A stretch of DNA of 43,766 nucleotides from Blastocystis sp. subtype 4 (GCF_000743755.1 NW_014569489.1:1-43766), one strand, 5' to 3'. Numbered from the stretch's first letter, positions 10,971 to 22,763 are shown. Numbers and translations: made by a program. The notes: a model not told the origin generated them from the letters alone.

Positions 10971-12791
10971 TTAGAACAAGACAATAACAAGAATACCCAA
11001 TAAACCGAGAGCAATCGAAAAGAAAAGGAATAGAATAAAGAAAGGAGTCTGAGCAAAGTAATTGTTGTAAACAATTCTTCCCCCGATGAGTTCAAAATCA
11101 TAATCATATGCTTCTATGGATAATATGACCCATCTATCCCCACCTTTGAGTTCGAACGAAAGCGCCATTTGTTGACTATGTTTGTCGTCCTCAGCATACA
11201 CGGTATAAGAAGAGAATGTTGGATGAGAATAGTCCTACAGACTAAATAGAAAAACGAATGCCTACAAAGAACCCATAAATATCTCCAGTATGTGGATCGA
11301 GTGTAACTGTAGGAGGAAGAGCAGGATATATTTCAAAGTGTGTAGAATTTGGTTCATTTCCAGAGATACTCGAATGAAGAGTGAACTTCATCAGGTATTG
11401 CTGGATGTCATGTCTCAAGGAATACAAAGGTTCCTCAAATCCTTCATTACAAATATAGGGATAGAATTCTGGAAGCCATGTTACAAAATACCCCTTATTT
11501 TGAATAATAGTAATCTTGTATTGCTTATAAGCAGTTCGAGTGTTATTGAGTTGAAAATGATATACTTTGAGGAGATTATCACAATGTGGATCATTTTCAT
11601 AATCCAACACTGTCCAGTTATCACCGTCATTACTACCCAAAACAAGCCATTCCCGCGGGACATAAGCAAATACATAATTATAGACAGCATATTTGTTGAG
11701 TTGAATGACACTAGGTAAAACACGTTCATTTTCCTTACTCGAAGAATGAATTGGAGATTGTAACGAAGCAATTGGCATGATCATCGAAATAGAAATACTC
11801 GCTAGAATAATCAAACAGTTGCTTAATATCATGATTCTCTACAAGTTTGGAATGTGATATCGGTGTATACTGTGGGACATACATACATCCTGAGAATGAC
11901 TCCAATCAAACAAATCTACGTTCCGTTGGAGTAGCAGGATATCCATAGATATACACATTGTTGAGATGAGGTTGATTGTCAATCATAATTGCAATCACAT
12001 TGCTTCCTTTCTGAAGAACACTTCCAGAATATAAAATCCTGAAATAGTTGCGATTATTCGAGACATGGTTCTCCTCTTCATAGATAAGAACGTTATTGAG
12101 GTAAACGGAAATAGAATCAAAATCATTTGTGATTCCAATCTCAACAGCAGAGTATACTTCATCCGAATCGAGAATAAAACGGTTAATGTAGATATTATTC
12201 GGAGATACTTCGCCTAGAAGTGAATGTTCATAAGTTGGAGAATTCTCATCTTCTCGAATCCAATCGCGCTGAAAATCATCAAACATGACCTCACTTGTAT
12301 CAATTAATTTCCATAACTGGTCTATAGGCATTGTATTTGGTAGTACACCCCAGGTTTGGTAGGGAGAAACAATATACGTCACTACATCTGATCTAAATCA
12401 AGCTATAAATACTCCGAATTCGATAAGTCTCTTCTTTCCCATGGAGGCAACTTCCCATAAACAACAGAAAACCTTTCTCTCCACGTACTTCAACATAGGC
12501 TCCATCATCCCAGCCATTAGCTTGGGTATCTTTCAAAACAAGGTCATAAACAAGATTGACTGTTCTAGGAAGACAATACTCATACGTATGATTCATTCGA
12601 AATGTGATAAGTGGGGCTTCCTTGATAAATATCCTCCTTGTTCGGTTGATGTGTCCTTCAATGGAGAAAGACTCTTCTTGTTGATTGAAACTGGTTTCAC
12701 TATTATGTTTAAACACAGAAAGATAAACAGAATCGTTATCACATTCCAATGCTCTCACTATGAATAACACATAGAAGCAATGCTTGACCAT
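10971..12791 (-). CDS. Shorter, intron-containing surface protein of the same family as the 2..4753 gene
   Basis: Signal-peptide-like start MVKHCFYVLFIVRALEC, then EYCLP...DTQANGWDDGAYV, VYLNN, PREWLVLGSNDGDNWTVLD, FEIYPALPPTVTLDPHTGDIYG and a C-terminal TM. The exact 3' end is uncertain; a small extra exon is possible. Confidence 0.7.
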
Positions 12792-12908
12792 TAATGCAAA
12801 TCAAGAAAACAATTGGAATCAACCAGAAGTACATGATTACAAAGATATACAAGAATCGATTATTCCCGCGGTTTCAGTCACCGTTTTAAGGAAGCAGTTC
12901 TTTGTCCA

Positions 12909-15011
12909 ATGACTCTAAATCGGCTTAAGAGCATCTCTTTTTGTCTTTTAGTATGTATCATTAGTTTTGGTACCCTCTTTTATGTGCCTTGGTCTAGCAA
13001 GGAGTTTGATTAATCAATTCAAATCACTCGTAGACCTGTTTCCGTTTGTTCATTCCAGGAACTACACATAATTGGTGAGACACCAGAATCGAATGAGTCT
13101 CAGGATATGTCTTTATTATTCGAACAGATGAATACTTATCAGGAGAAGGATGTTTTAAATCCCAACCAGACTTCTCTACGTTCTACTACCGAAACCCCAA
13201 AACTGCCTACCATCTCTCCTATGTGTAATTCAACTTTAGCTCCAGACGAAGAAGCTATTGAAATAGTTGCCAAGACATCAGACGTGTTTAATGCGACATT
13301 ATCGCCGATTCAGATAGTTTCTGCATCTGAAAAGCCTTCTATTGTAGAAACTGAATCTATTTTGACCAGTTCACCAGCCGTAAAAATTCCTGGTGAAGTG
13401 GAACGTGAATCTACTTCTATCGAACCTACAGTGTTAGAGTCAACTGATATAGAAGTTCAAAGTGATGAGAGTTACTCATCCAAGAGCATAATCAGCTCTC
13501 AGAGTGATAACTCTTCTGCAAAAGGAAATATTCCCAAAAGTGTGAATACAAGTTTATCTAGTGTTTCGAAGAAGACCAAGAAGTCTAAGAAGCGTTCTTT
13601 ATTTTCTGGCCGCAAAGATGCCAAGGAAAGAGAACGTATTATGTCTCACAGAAAGGTTCTTGACACTGTAGTCAACGTACCTGATCCGTTTGAAGTACAA
13701 TGGCGTGCAGCCAGTAAATCTCACCTTCATTGATGATCCATAGAAGCCAATGGGTTTGTTTTTCCAAGTATAATTCAGAATAAACGTAAGCTTGCTATAT
13801 GTTCTTCTTGCCGATTGATCATAGGCAATGCCGAATATCCATATACAATGAAATATCCATGTATTTGTCTTGATTTCATATCAATGTAGTTGTGTATCCT
13901 TCTAAAAAGGAGACTTCTGTGTCAATCATAACGGCAACAACTCCCAATCGACTGAAGTTCATTCCTTATCTCCTCAAACGATGGAAAGGGTATTATCTTA
14001 GAGAGGATTCAATCTTAGGGATTATTGTATTGCTATCAAAGTGAAAGAAGAGGAAGAATCTAATGTTGTTCAATCGATTCTCGAAATGGATCTTCCTTCT
14101 CGAATTCGTATTGTCGTGTATGGGGTAAAGAAATCGAATCCAGATTATAAACGATTCCCCGTGAATAAACTCAGAAACTTAGCTATTGTGAATATTGTTA
14201 CAACTCATTTTCTCATCTTTGATATGGATATGTGGCCAATTCGTATTCCTCTATTATTCCCCTCATTTTTAGCATCCTTATATTCAAAGATCATGAAGAT
14301 TCCCAAAAACATCTTGGATTCGTCAACGGCAGCTATAATTGTTCCTAGTTTTTTCTTGAACAAGGATCTTGTGCTGTCACAGTGCAAAGGTCTTATGAAT
14401 TGTGCTATGCTTAGTGAACGTCTTTTCCCTCTGAACCGTACTTCACTTCTGAAGTGTATTCAAAAAGAAACTTGTTTGTATCACAAGACTGGTACAGTCA
14501 CTCATGTGAGAGAATGAAAGATGAATCATTTGTAGAAGTATGTGAATTCAAAGTGGTTTACTCTCCCTTCCATGCCTCCTGTTGTAAGAGTGGCGTGCTT
14601 TGCCAACCGGTTTCAAGAACCATATATTATGATGAAATATACTCCTTCAACGCTCCTCTTTGATGAGCGTTTCACCGATTATGGATGTAACAAGGTCCAA
14701 TACATTGATCATCTGCGACATATGGGTATAATGTGATATTGAGTCTCTTAGATGTAGGTATTCGATTCTATGTCATGACAGATGCTTTTGCTATGGATAT
14801 TGTGCATCCCGAGTATGGATGTTATTATATGCTCATTTGTAGCTCTAAGTACCGAATAGCGTATATTGAAAAGCTGCATTCTGGTGCAGCACCAAATATG
14901 AGGCTATTGTGTTATGATTATCAGAAACAATTGGAGCATTTGTATCCTACAGCTAGAAATCAGACGAAAATTTGTGCTGGTCTCTATTCATCGCTGTATT
15001 GGACTATCTAA
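12909..15011 (+). CDS. Type II membrane glycosyltransferase, GT49 (LARGE/B4GAT1)-like
   Basis: N-terminal TM (FCLLVCIISFGTLFYV), Ser/Thr-rich stem, FPVNKLRNLAI...HFLIFDMDMWP (DxD) and QEPY...FDERFTDYGCNKVQYI motifs. About 9 short introns. Confidence 0.78.
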
Positions 15012-15030
15012 AAGCATTTGCATTTTTGCT

Positions 15031-15038
15031 TGTTTGTT
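15031..15038 (+). terminator. TGTTTGTT polyadenylation element
   Basis: Exact motif 19 nt after TAA 15011 and 1 nt before the next ATG. Confidence 0.78.
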
Positions 15039-15039
15039 T

Positions 15040-16256
15040 ATGAGTCAGGGTGTGTTTATTCAATCTTTTAAGTCGCTTTATCGGTATGCAAAGCTCTTTG
15101 ATAGCTATCCGTCGCTGAAAGAAGGAGTTTTCGATATTCTTGATTTGTAGTTTGTTTTATCGGATGTACTAAAGTCGGCATTGTATTCTGTCGATCTTAA
15201 GGCTCCAAAATGGTTCTCTCCAGAGATGCGAAAACTGTGTCCTTCATTATTAGAGTAGGTTTACAGGAATAAAGGATGATTATTTAGCAGTTCATTGGCC
15301 TATATTCCATCAAAATCAGCCTGTGCCTTTGTTGAGAGGCAATTTCAGCAACCACGAATTTTAGTGAATGAAGAAATGTAGGATTGTAGAAATATCTAAA
15401 GTAAAGGGCGATGGCCTCGATTTCTTCGTATCTCCAATTCTGTGATGCTGTATTGGCAGCTGCTTCTAAGAATTATCGAGTGAATCTGTTTACACCTGCC
15501 CTCCTACAGTCTCCAAACAGTGTGGCCTTTGAACGAGGTATTACCTGTTAATCTATACGATCTAGATAAACGGTTTTACTCAAGTGTACAGTTAGAACGT
15601 CAACAAATGACATCGCTTCGAGATCTTACAATCGGATCGTTACTTGTCAACTATCCAACGGAAATTTTGTCCAGAAATCCATTTGAATCTGTGCTAAATC
15701 GAGATGAGATTCTTTTCATTACAGATATTTGTGAATTAGGTGTTCGAGGTATCGTATTGAACCCGTTTAGATCAATTTCCTGATTTACATGTAGTCATAA
15801 CGTGCGAACACGAACCCAGACCATCGACGGGAAGAAGGTGAATGTCGTAAGCACACGTCAACCAGAAATGTCAAGAAAGGTTTTTGTAGTACGTGACAAA
15901 CAGCTATCAGATTGTCTGGACTCCCAGGTTGTTCGGTTGAATGATAACGAAATTGCGACAGTTACCCCAGATTGGGATAGGATTGCCCAATCCGATGCTT
16001 CATCAATTATGCAGTTTGATTCGCTTCAGTTCGTTCCATATCCTTATCGTGACAAAGAATGTAATCCTTCATTTAACGATCCAAAGTGTTATTGATGGAT
16101 TCACTACTGGAACCCTTCAGATGTTTAAGGCTTCAGATATTAGTCCTCTGTTATTCAATAACGAGATTAGCAGAAAGATGATGGTTTCGAATCTCTATCA
16201 TTCTCTTGGCGGTGAATGGTCATTTATTGCTCGTAGTATTGAAAGGAATATTTATT
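15040..16256 (+). CDS. Protein with C-terminal DUF179 (YqgE/AlgH)-like domain; stop codon predicted to be completed by polyadenylation
   Basis: GSLLVNYP...EILFITDICELGVRGIVLNP and LYHSLGGEW resemble DUF179. Five short GT-AG introns plus one AT-AC intron. Ends ...ERNIY-T|ACAA-TGTTTGCT. Confidence 0.55.
16038..16077 (+). other. U12-type AT-AC intron (40 nt)
   Basis: ATATCCTT...AATCCTTCATTTAAC. Removal joins ORF 15802 to ORF 15941 in frame (FVP/IQSVIDG). A competing 25-nt GT-AG intron (16033-16057) is also in frame. Confidence 0.75.
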
Positions 16257-16260
16257 ACAA

Positions 16261-16275
16261 TGTTTGCTACAAACA
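16261..16275. terminator. Bidirectional palindromic polyadenylation element TGTTTG-CTA-CAAACA
   Basis: TGTTTGCT on + (16261-16268) and TGTTTGTA on - (16275-16268), each 4 nt from an in-frame first-position T of the facing gene. Confidence 0.72.
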
Positions 16276-16277
16276 TA

Positions 16278-19200
16278 TTAAACTAAGAACTGTCCATCAT
16301 TCCCCATAGTTATTGCAAGAATCAACTTATTCTTCATTTCTTCTTTCGATTTCTAATATTCAATACAACCTCCCATTTTTACATAGCGTGGCAAATTTAA
16401 CGAACGAATACAGGTTGCAGCAGAAGGTAAGCTACCTTCCAAGCCAGTTACCTTCTCTACCACAGTGAAGATATGGTCCTCATGCAGTTGTTCTTGAATC
16501 TAAATCTGATTCCATGTATCAGTACAGACCGAAATACGTCTCTCTCCTGTTACAAACATCATGAATTTCTCTTTCAACTCTTGTGAAAATGACATCAGAA
16601 CACTCACAAAATCCTGAATGTACGGATCTGTCTTCGAGTAGCCCTGCGTGAACAATACAGAACGATACAAGTATTCGGCTGTCCATTCAATTCGGGTTCC
16701 AAAGACCATCTGCTCTAATTCCTTAACAGAGAAGAGAGAGAGGAAGCAAGGATCCAGTATATGTTGAAGACCTACACCTTAGTCCTTGTTTTCAAACCTA
16801 CCTCGTACAATAAGATCAATAGCTGGCTTTACTCCCTTGCCAACAATGCATTGGATATACCGAGAGAGCCACAGAGGGAAATACTCAACAGAGAGTTCAT
16901 CACTTGCCTTAGTCATCTTCTTGTTAATCATCAAACAGTCAATACGTATTCAGGAAGAAGGTTTACTGAAGGATATCCAGGTAATGAACAGTCCAAACAT
17001 AGAGACTTTATCGAATGAACTTCATTCCTCCGAACTTTTGTCATTTGATCAAAAAGGAAAGAATTTGTCTTTTCCAATTCCGGGGAATATAATTTTAAAA
17101 AGTGTTTTGCTAGAATCAATTCTATTTGGCAAATGTACCTCCAAATACTGAATGAAATGATGGAGAACCTTCTCGAATCAATTTCATTAACAATGGATTC
17201 AGAACTAAATCCAATGGACATCCTTGCTTGATGGCAATTGCCATAAAGGTACCCAATGCATGATAAAGAGTCTTCTTTTCCTCAAAGAATGCATTTCCAC
17301 TAAATAATGGGAGAGGAAATAATCCTATGATAAGAATAAGAAATGATTGGACGCACCAGTTTTGCACAATACATATTGATATGATGAAGGATCTGTTGTA
17401 GCCTTATAGTTAGTCTAATGCTAAATATCAGTCACAAAGACATACATAAATAGCTGGCTTCTCATATAAAACACAATCTTTGATTCTCTCAACAGTAGTC
17501 TTTGTCATACAGGATCGCATCTACAAGGGAACTCTCTCTTTCTGCTCCCTACAATACACTGAAAACTATATACGTGATTCCCGTGGTTATGAGTAGATGT
17601 GTAGGTAATATTCTGACTCCATTCTTCAAAGGAGGTAGATTTGAAAGGAAATGAGACAACATCACAAATACTGCAAACAATCGCCCCAAAATAGCAAGTA
17701 GAGTTGGATGGATGATTCTGAAACCATTCCAGCAACTCAGTAATCTCTTGACGTTTGAATCCAAACCAATACAATTGAAAGCAGTCATATGACATTCCAC
17801 ACGAATCACATGATAATTCTGAGATTTGTAGTTGGTAGTCACAATCTCGACAGAACAGTACCTCTAAATCTGATATGAGAATCAACGTGGATACCTGTCT
17901 GTCTGTCCACAGATAACAAACATTTATGTTCAGGACAGATCCACATATTCAGACAGGCACAAGAATAACAACGAAGAACGGCTCCTGATATATCGTCTGA
18001 ACTCTCTTTCAACACAACTCCTTCTCCTGGTCCACGAAATGGACAATTTAGAAGACGTACCACTGTTGAGAATGTACAAGGAGTTGGAGTTTCATCTTTC
18101 CACAAATGTAACTCCCTTCGTTGAATTTCATCTCCAAATAAAGTAACAAATTCATTTGTAGGCCCTTGTCCAATACCTTCTTCTTGAGCAAATTTGACCT
18201 ATGATAAGACAAGAGCGTAAGTCACTCACCTGCATTTCAATATCACTCTTGTAGACATTAGCAAAATAAATTGCGTCACTCAATAGATTCTCACGGAATA
18301 TATCAAAGCGAAACAACTAGATAATGATGATGTTATGACAGACTAACAGAAGATATGAAGTGTCTTCCTCGAAAGGATGGCCATTCAAGACGATCTGATA
18401 AGGCATTCATTGCATGAACAGAACTAAAACCAGCTGAGTCTCTAGAAATAATTAGAGATTCGAATGTCAGACAAATAATCATGACGCTCATGGAAGGAAA
18501 AAGCCTCAGGAATGAGGTGGAGAAGTGCAGTGATCCATGAAGGATAATTGCAAGTAAGAATGAGAAAACTGTTCTGGAGAACATTGTGAAGGAAACAACA
18601 TAAGCCCGTATGAACGTGAGTTTGTGTAGAAAACGAAGTGATTTCAGGAGAAGAATTAGGCCATAAATAAGACGTTCCATATTCCTGAAGATGTTCATTG
18701 AGTCGATATACAAGTCGCTCAACAAGGATAAGAATGCAGCCATTATGAGCGATTCCTGTGTCATAGAGATTAGGAATTGAAGATTGATCTGATAACACTT
18801 TCTCTAAGAATTGAGGCGGCTTCTCGTTCAATTCTTCGACTTCCTCAATATTCATTATCTCTGCTTTCTGATTGACCATGACCTGATTATCAAAACAAGA
18901 AGGGAACTGTTCTTCTCTCAATACAGTCAGATCAATATCGTAAACATCAAAAGGACTTGAATACTTAGCTAAAGGATTTGCTCGTATAAGTACAGAATAG
19001 AAAGTATTGTATACATTGTTAGCAAACAATAATTCTATATCTTGATACCTCATTCTGATTGTGGATGATCCATGCTCACCAATATCTAGATCAGATCTTA
19101 TCAGTAACCATACAATATGAAGCAAGAGATCGAACAAAAGAGAACCGAGGTATCGTGATGAGAGAATCAAATATCATTCCCATAAAACGTGATTCTTCAC

Positions 19201-21232
19201 ATGGCGCTTCAAACGATATGATGAAGAAGTCTGATACTGGAATTTCGTTCAATAAGTGTGGGAAGAAACGAAAGGTTATTTTGCGTGTAAATGGCCATAG
19301 AAGTGTTGTGTCGTCTCCCACAGACATCTACAGTGAAGACATGTTGATATGACTCACTTCGCATGATGGGAACTGGAAGAAGAGAAGAGAATGAAGACAT
19401 GATAAAAGCTTCTCTGCTAGAAGTGGAGCATTCCCGCGAGGACGGAACAACACAGCAGCTAACTCAGCATAGCGATTCGTTTTGAAAATTGCTTCGAACA
19501 ACGGATAGAGAGAGTCATTCTTCCAGAATTGTTCTGGTTTGATCTCACTCAGTAACTCCTCCATAGCAAACCCAAAAACCTCTTCTTCGACAGAATAATC
19601 ACCTTGAAGGAATGCAGAAGCAATATCAAGAGCTCTCTTCGATAGACCATCAGAGAGACCCAACTGATGGCGGGCGAGAGATTGACTGAGTACCTTGAGA
19701 TTGGGTGTTTTGGTAAGATCACACTTCAACAAATAAGGAGAAAGAAATCGAGCAAAATCCGATGCATAGAAGAGTGGAGGTAAGATTCCTTTTGCTTGAA
19801 TGCAAGTAGAAGCAATAGACAAGACGACTTCTAGAATCTTCGGAGAATACGACATTTGTAGTAAGAATGCAAGAACTGGGAAGAGATGGACCAGATAAGG
19901 TTGAAATGCTAAGGGTTAGGGAACTGAAGAATCCATACAAGGTTGAAATGTTGGAAGATATTGGAGAGTCGTTTGCAACACGATGAGCGTATTCTCAATA
20001 ACAAGCTGAGAGTCACTCAGAGTATACTAGCAAGGAATGGAACGCGAAGAAACCTACACGCAATAAGGTGTTCATCACAACGAGAAGCGATACAGCTAAC
20101 GAAGCACGTTCCATATGTTCAGCATTGCTACCTGTATCTTAGATTCACGAACCATTACTACGACTAGATAGGATTAACTGAATGAATATGAAGATACTCG
20201 CAGGCGAGACAAATTGAGGAATATGAATCATTCGAATCTCTTCAATAGCTTGAGCATCCGATCCTGAGAAGTCCGAATCATAGTAACACAAAAAACACTG
20301 TAAGCCTGAACACAAGACTGGTAACAGTTTATGTTGAAGGAAGAGTGTTATAAGACTGGGGATTTCATGAAGAAAATGATCAAATAGTTGAGATACACAT
20401 CGGAAAAACACAATACAATCTTCTTGTTCTTCTCTTGAAAGACTTGGGAATAAACTGATACGATTCTGAAGAGCATCAATGAGAGAACAATAGAACAACT
20501 TATCCTTCACGTATTGACGAGCTACGGTAGGTAGAGATGTAAGAGGCTTGTTAAGGAAATAACGATGGAGAATATTTAGAGCCTCATTCGACTGACGTAT
20601 ATCTTGACCATGACAATACTTCACAAGTAATTCCAACGATGATAGAGTTAGATGATTTGATAACCATTTCTGCAGGGTTACCATCCATCTGCGGTAAATT
20701 GATGTTGAAATTGATTCCAGACACAGAAAAGTACCTGAAATCACATAGTAGTCTTGAACATTCTGACCCATATCATCATCAATCTCAATCTAGGTTAAAA
20801 TAATATTGATAGGTCGTACACATATGAGTTTATTAACAAGATCGGATTGTGAATGGGATGATAAGGATCTCCAACAAGTGTTGATCAAATGGGTAAAGTT
20901 ATCTCTATCTATTGCATGTTTTCTGTATAGGAGTTCCATCCAATCAAGACATAGCAACAGAAAATCTTGATCCTCCCAACTCTCACCAATAACTCTATGA
21001 ATAATTCCAAATAAATAAAGGCACGTTTGATGAACTTTGTAGGCTTTGTTCAAAGGATCAGATAATTGAAGAAGATTGTTGCTCCCAACAATTTCTTTTA
21101 TAATATCACTAAATCGACTCTATAGTAAAATGAACACGCCAATCCAACAATGATTTCCTGTTTACTTATTGTCAGTCCGTCCAAATTCAACAGAACATCG
21201 ACTCTTTGAAGGATTGACTGTTGGGGATCCAT
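16278..21232 (-). CDS. HECT E3 ubiquitin ligase, TRIP12/UPL3/UFD4-like
   Basis: FAQEEGIGQGPTNEF, GLFPLP, CSLPGYP, FMMFVTG and catalytic LPSAATCIRSLNLPRYKSKEEMKNKLILAITMGNDGQFLV*. Helical N-terminal region and many ~30-nt introns. Confidence 0.88.
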
Positions 21233-21307
21233 GATAAGAGGAGAATGACAAATAGGTGAATTCCCACGGAATTGTTGGTTATGTCATTTCTCCTAGAATA
21301 GAAACGA

Positions 21308-22745
21308 ATGAGAACTCTAACTGTTCTTTTTGGACTCACAACTCTTGTCTGTGTTCTCAGCTATGAGATGAGTACTCAACTATCCTTCAGTGCTCCATTC
21401 AAGCAATTCACGTATTCTGGTATAGTTCAAGAATTTGCTGACACGGATAGGAAAGAGGAGAATTGATGGATGGGAATGCACAGGAGATTCAGTAATCAAC
21501 GAATTCTTTGTGCGACTCACTCCTGATCGTCAGAGTAAGACAGGCTCATGTTGGAGTCAATTCGGAATGAATAGCAAGGATTGGGTGACGGTAATCAAGT
21601 TCCGTATAAGTGGACAGGTAGGCTTTCTCATCGTTCATTATAAATAGGGAGCGAGTTTATTTGGAGACGGTTTTGCTGTTTTCTTCACTAATCATGCCAC
21701 TTTTATCCCTGTAGTGAATCAATTGGGATATTATAGGATAGGGAAAGATGTGGGGAGTGACAGATATGTTCCGTGGTTTTGCTGTTGGTTTTTCTACTTT
21801 CAGAAACACAGAGGTAGGTTATTGAGTTTGAATTCACTGAAGTTTTCACGTTATCACCGTGATATCGCTCTCTATGTTGGTGATGGTGAGAATTCAGCTT
21901 TCATCCAAGATAAGGATCACACTGGCTGTTATTCCAAGTATCGTTACCACGAAAAGCGTCAGGATTTTTCAGTAGGATGAATTATTAAGATTCAAGTGCA
22001 GGTTGATAATTATGCTGTTGTGAAGATTGGGTATGAAGGAGACACCCAGACTGTACGTGTTTCAATTGATGAGAAGAATACAGGTGAATTCCATACCTGT
22101 TTCACTGATACGCTGAATCTGAGTCCAGATTGGTGGCATAACATTCATATTGGAATCAGTTCAACGACAGGTCAGTTGGCAGATAACCATGATATCCTGA
22201 GTGTCGAAACGTATTTGGATGTATCGGATCCAGATAAGGTAACAGAGACAAAGTCTCATGAAACAGAAGAGGTGGAAAAGCAGGAAAATGAACTGTTTAT
22301 GCGAATGGTAAATAGTCATAGTGTGAATATCAATGCCTTGGATGCAAATGAGAAGGGATTGATGAAAGTGATGGAGAAGTTGGATCAGAAGCAAAGATCA
22401 AGTCTGAGCAAACTGGAGCGTGAGATGGAGCATAAGATTGTGGCAGTTGATGACTCATTGAATGCAATGATCAAGAAGTTACAGGAGCGAGGTGATGTTT
22501 CTGAGAATCGTATTCAAGCGGTGGAAGCATCATTAAAGCGGGAGGTGCAGAATAAGATCTCGAGCACGATGGAATCTCGTTTATCTATGCTTGAAGATGT
22601 GTTCAGAAAGAATTTGAAGGAAGCAGTGTCCAAATCCAATAAACGGTGGGTAATTCCTTTTGCTATTGTTGGACTGGTGATTGCTGTGGTTGTGGGTGTG
22701 ATATATATGAAATACAAGAATTTGCAGAAATCTCATCTTCTGTAA
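21308..22745 (+). CDS. L-type lectin cargo receptor (VIP36/ERGIC-53-like)
   Basis: Signal peptide, RLTPDRQSKTG, FRISGQGASLFGDGFA, GISSTTGQLADNHDI, coiled coil, TM and KSHLL tail. Five 29-31-nt introns. Confidence 0.9.
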
Positions 22746-22755
22746 GGGCTTTGTG

Positions 22756-22763
22756 TGTTTGTT
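22756..22763 (+). terminator. TGTTTGTT polyadenylation element of the lectin gene
   Basis: Exact motif 10 nt after TAA 22745. Confidence 0.8.

Noticed and set aside
13894..13901. GTATCCTT, a U12-like donor
   Set aside because: Lies in an exon that reads through (FVYPSKK); no branch or acceptor match is needed or seen.
16257..16309. C-terminal extension YNVCYKHIKLRTVHHSP of ORF 15941-16309
   Set aside because: Lies beyond the predicted poly(A) site and overlaps the HECT CDS; probably not translated.
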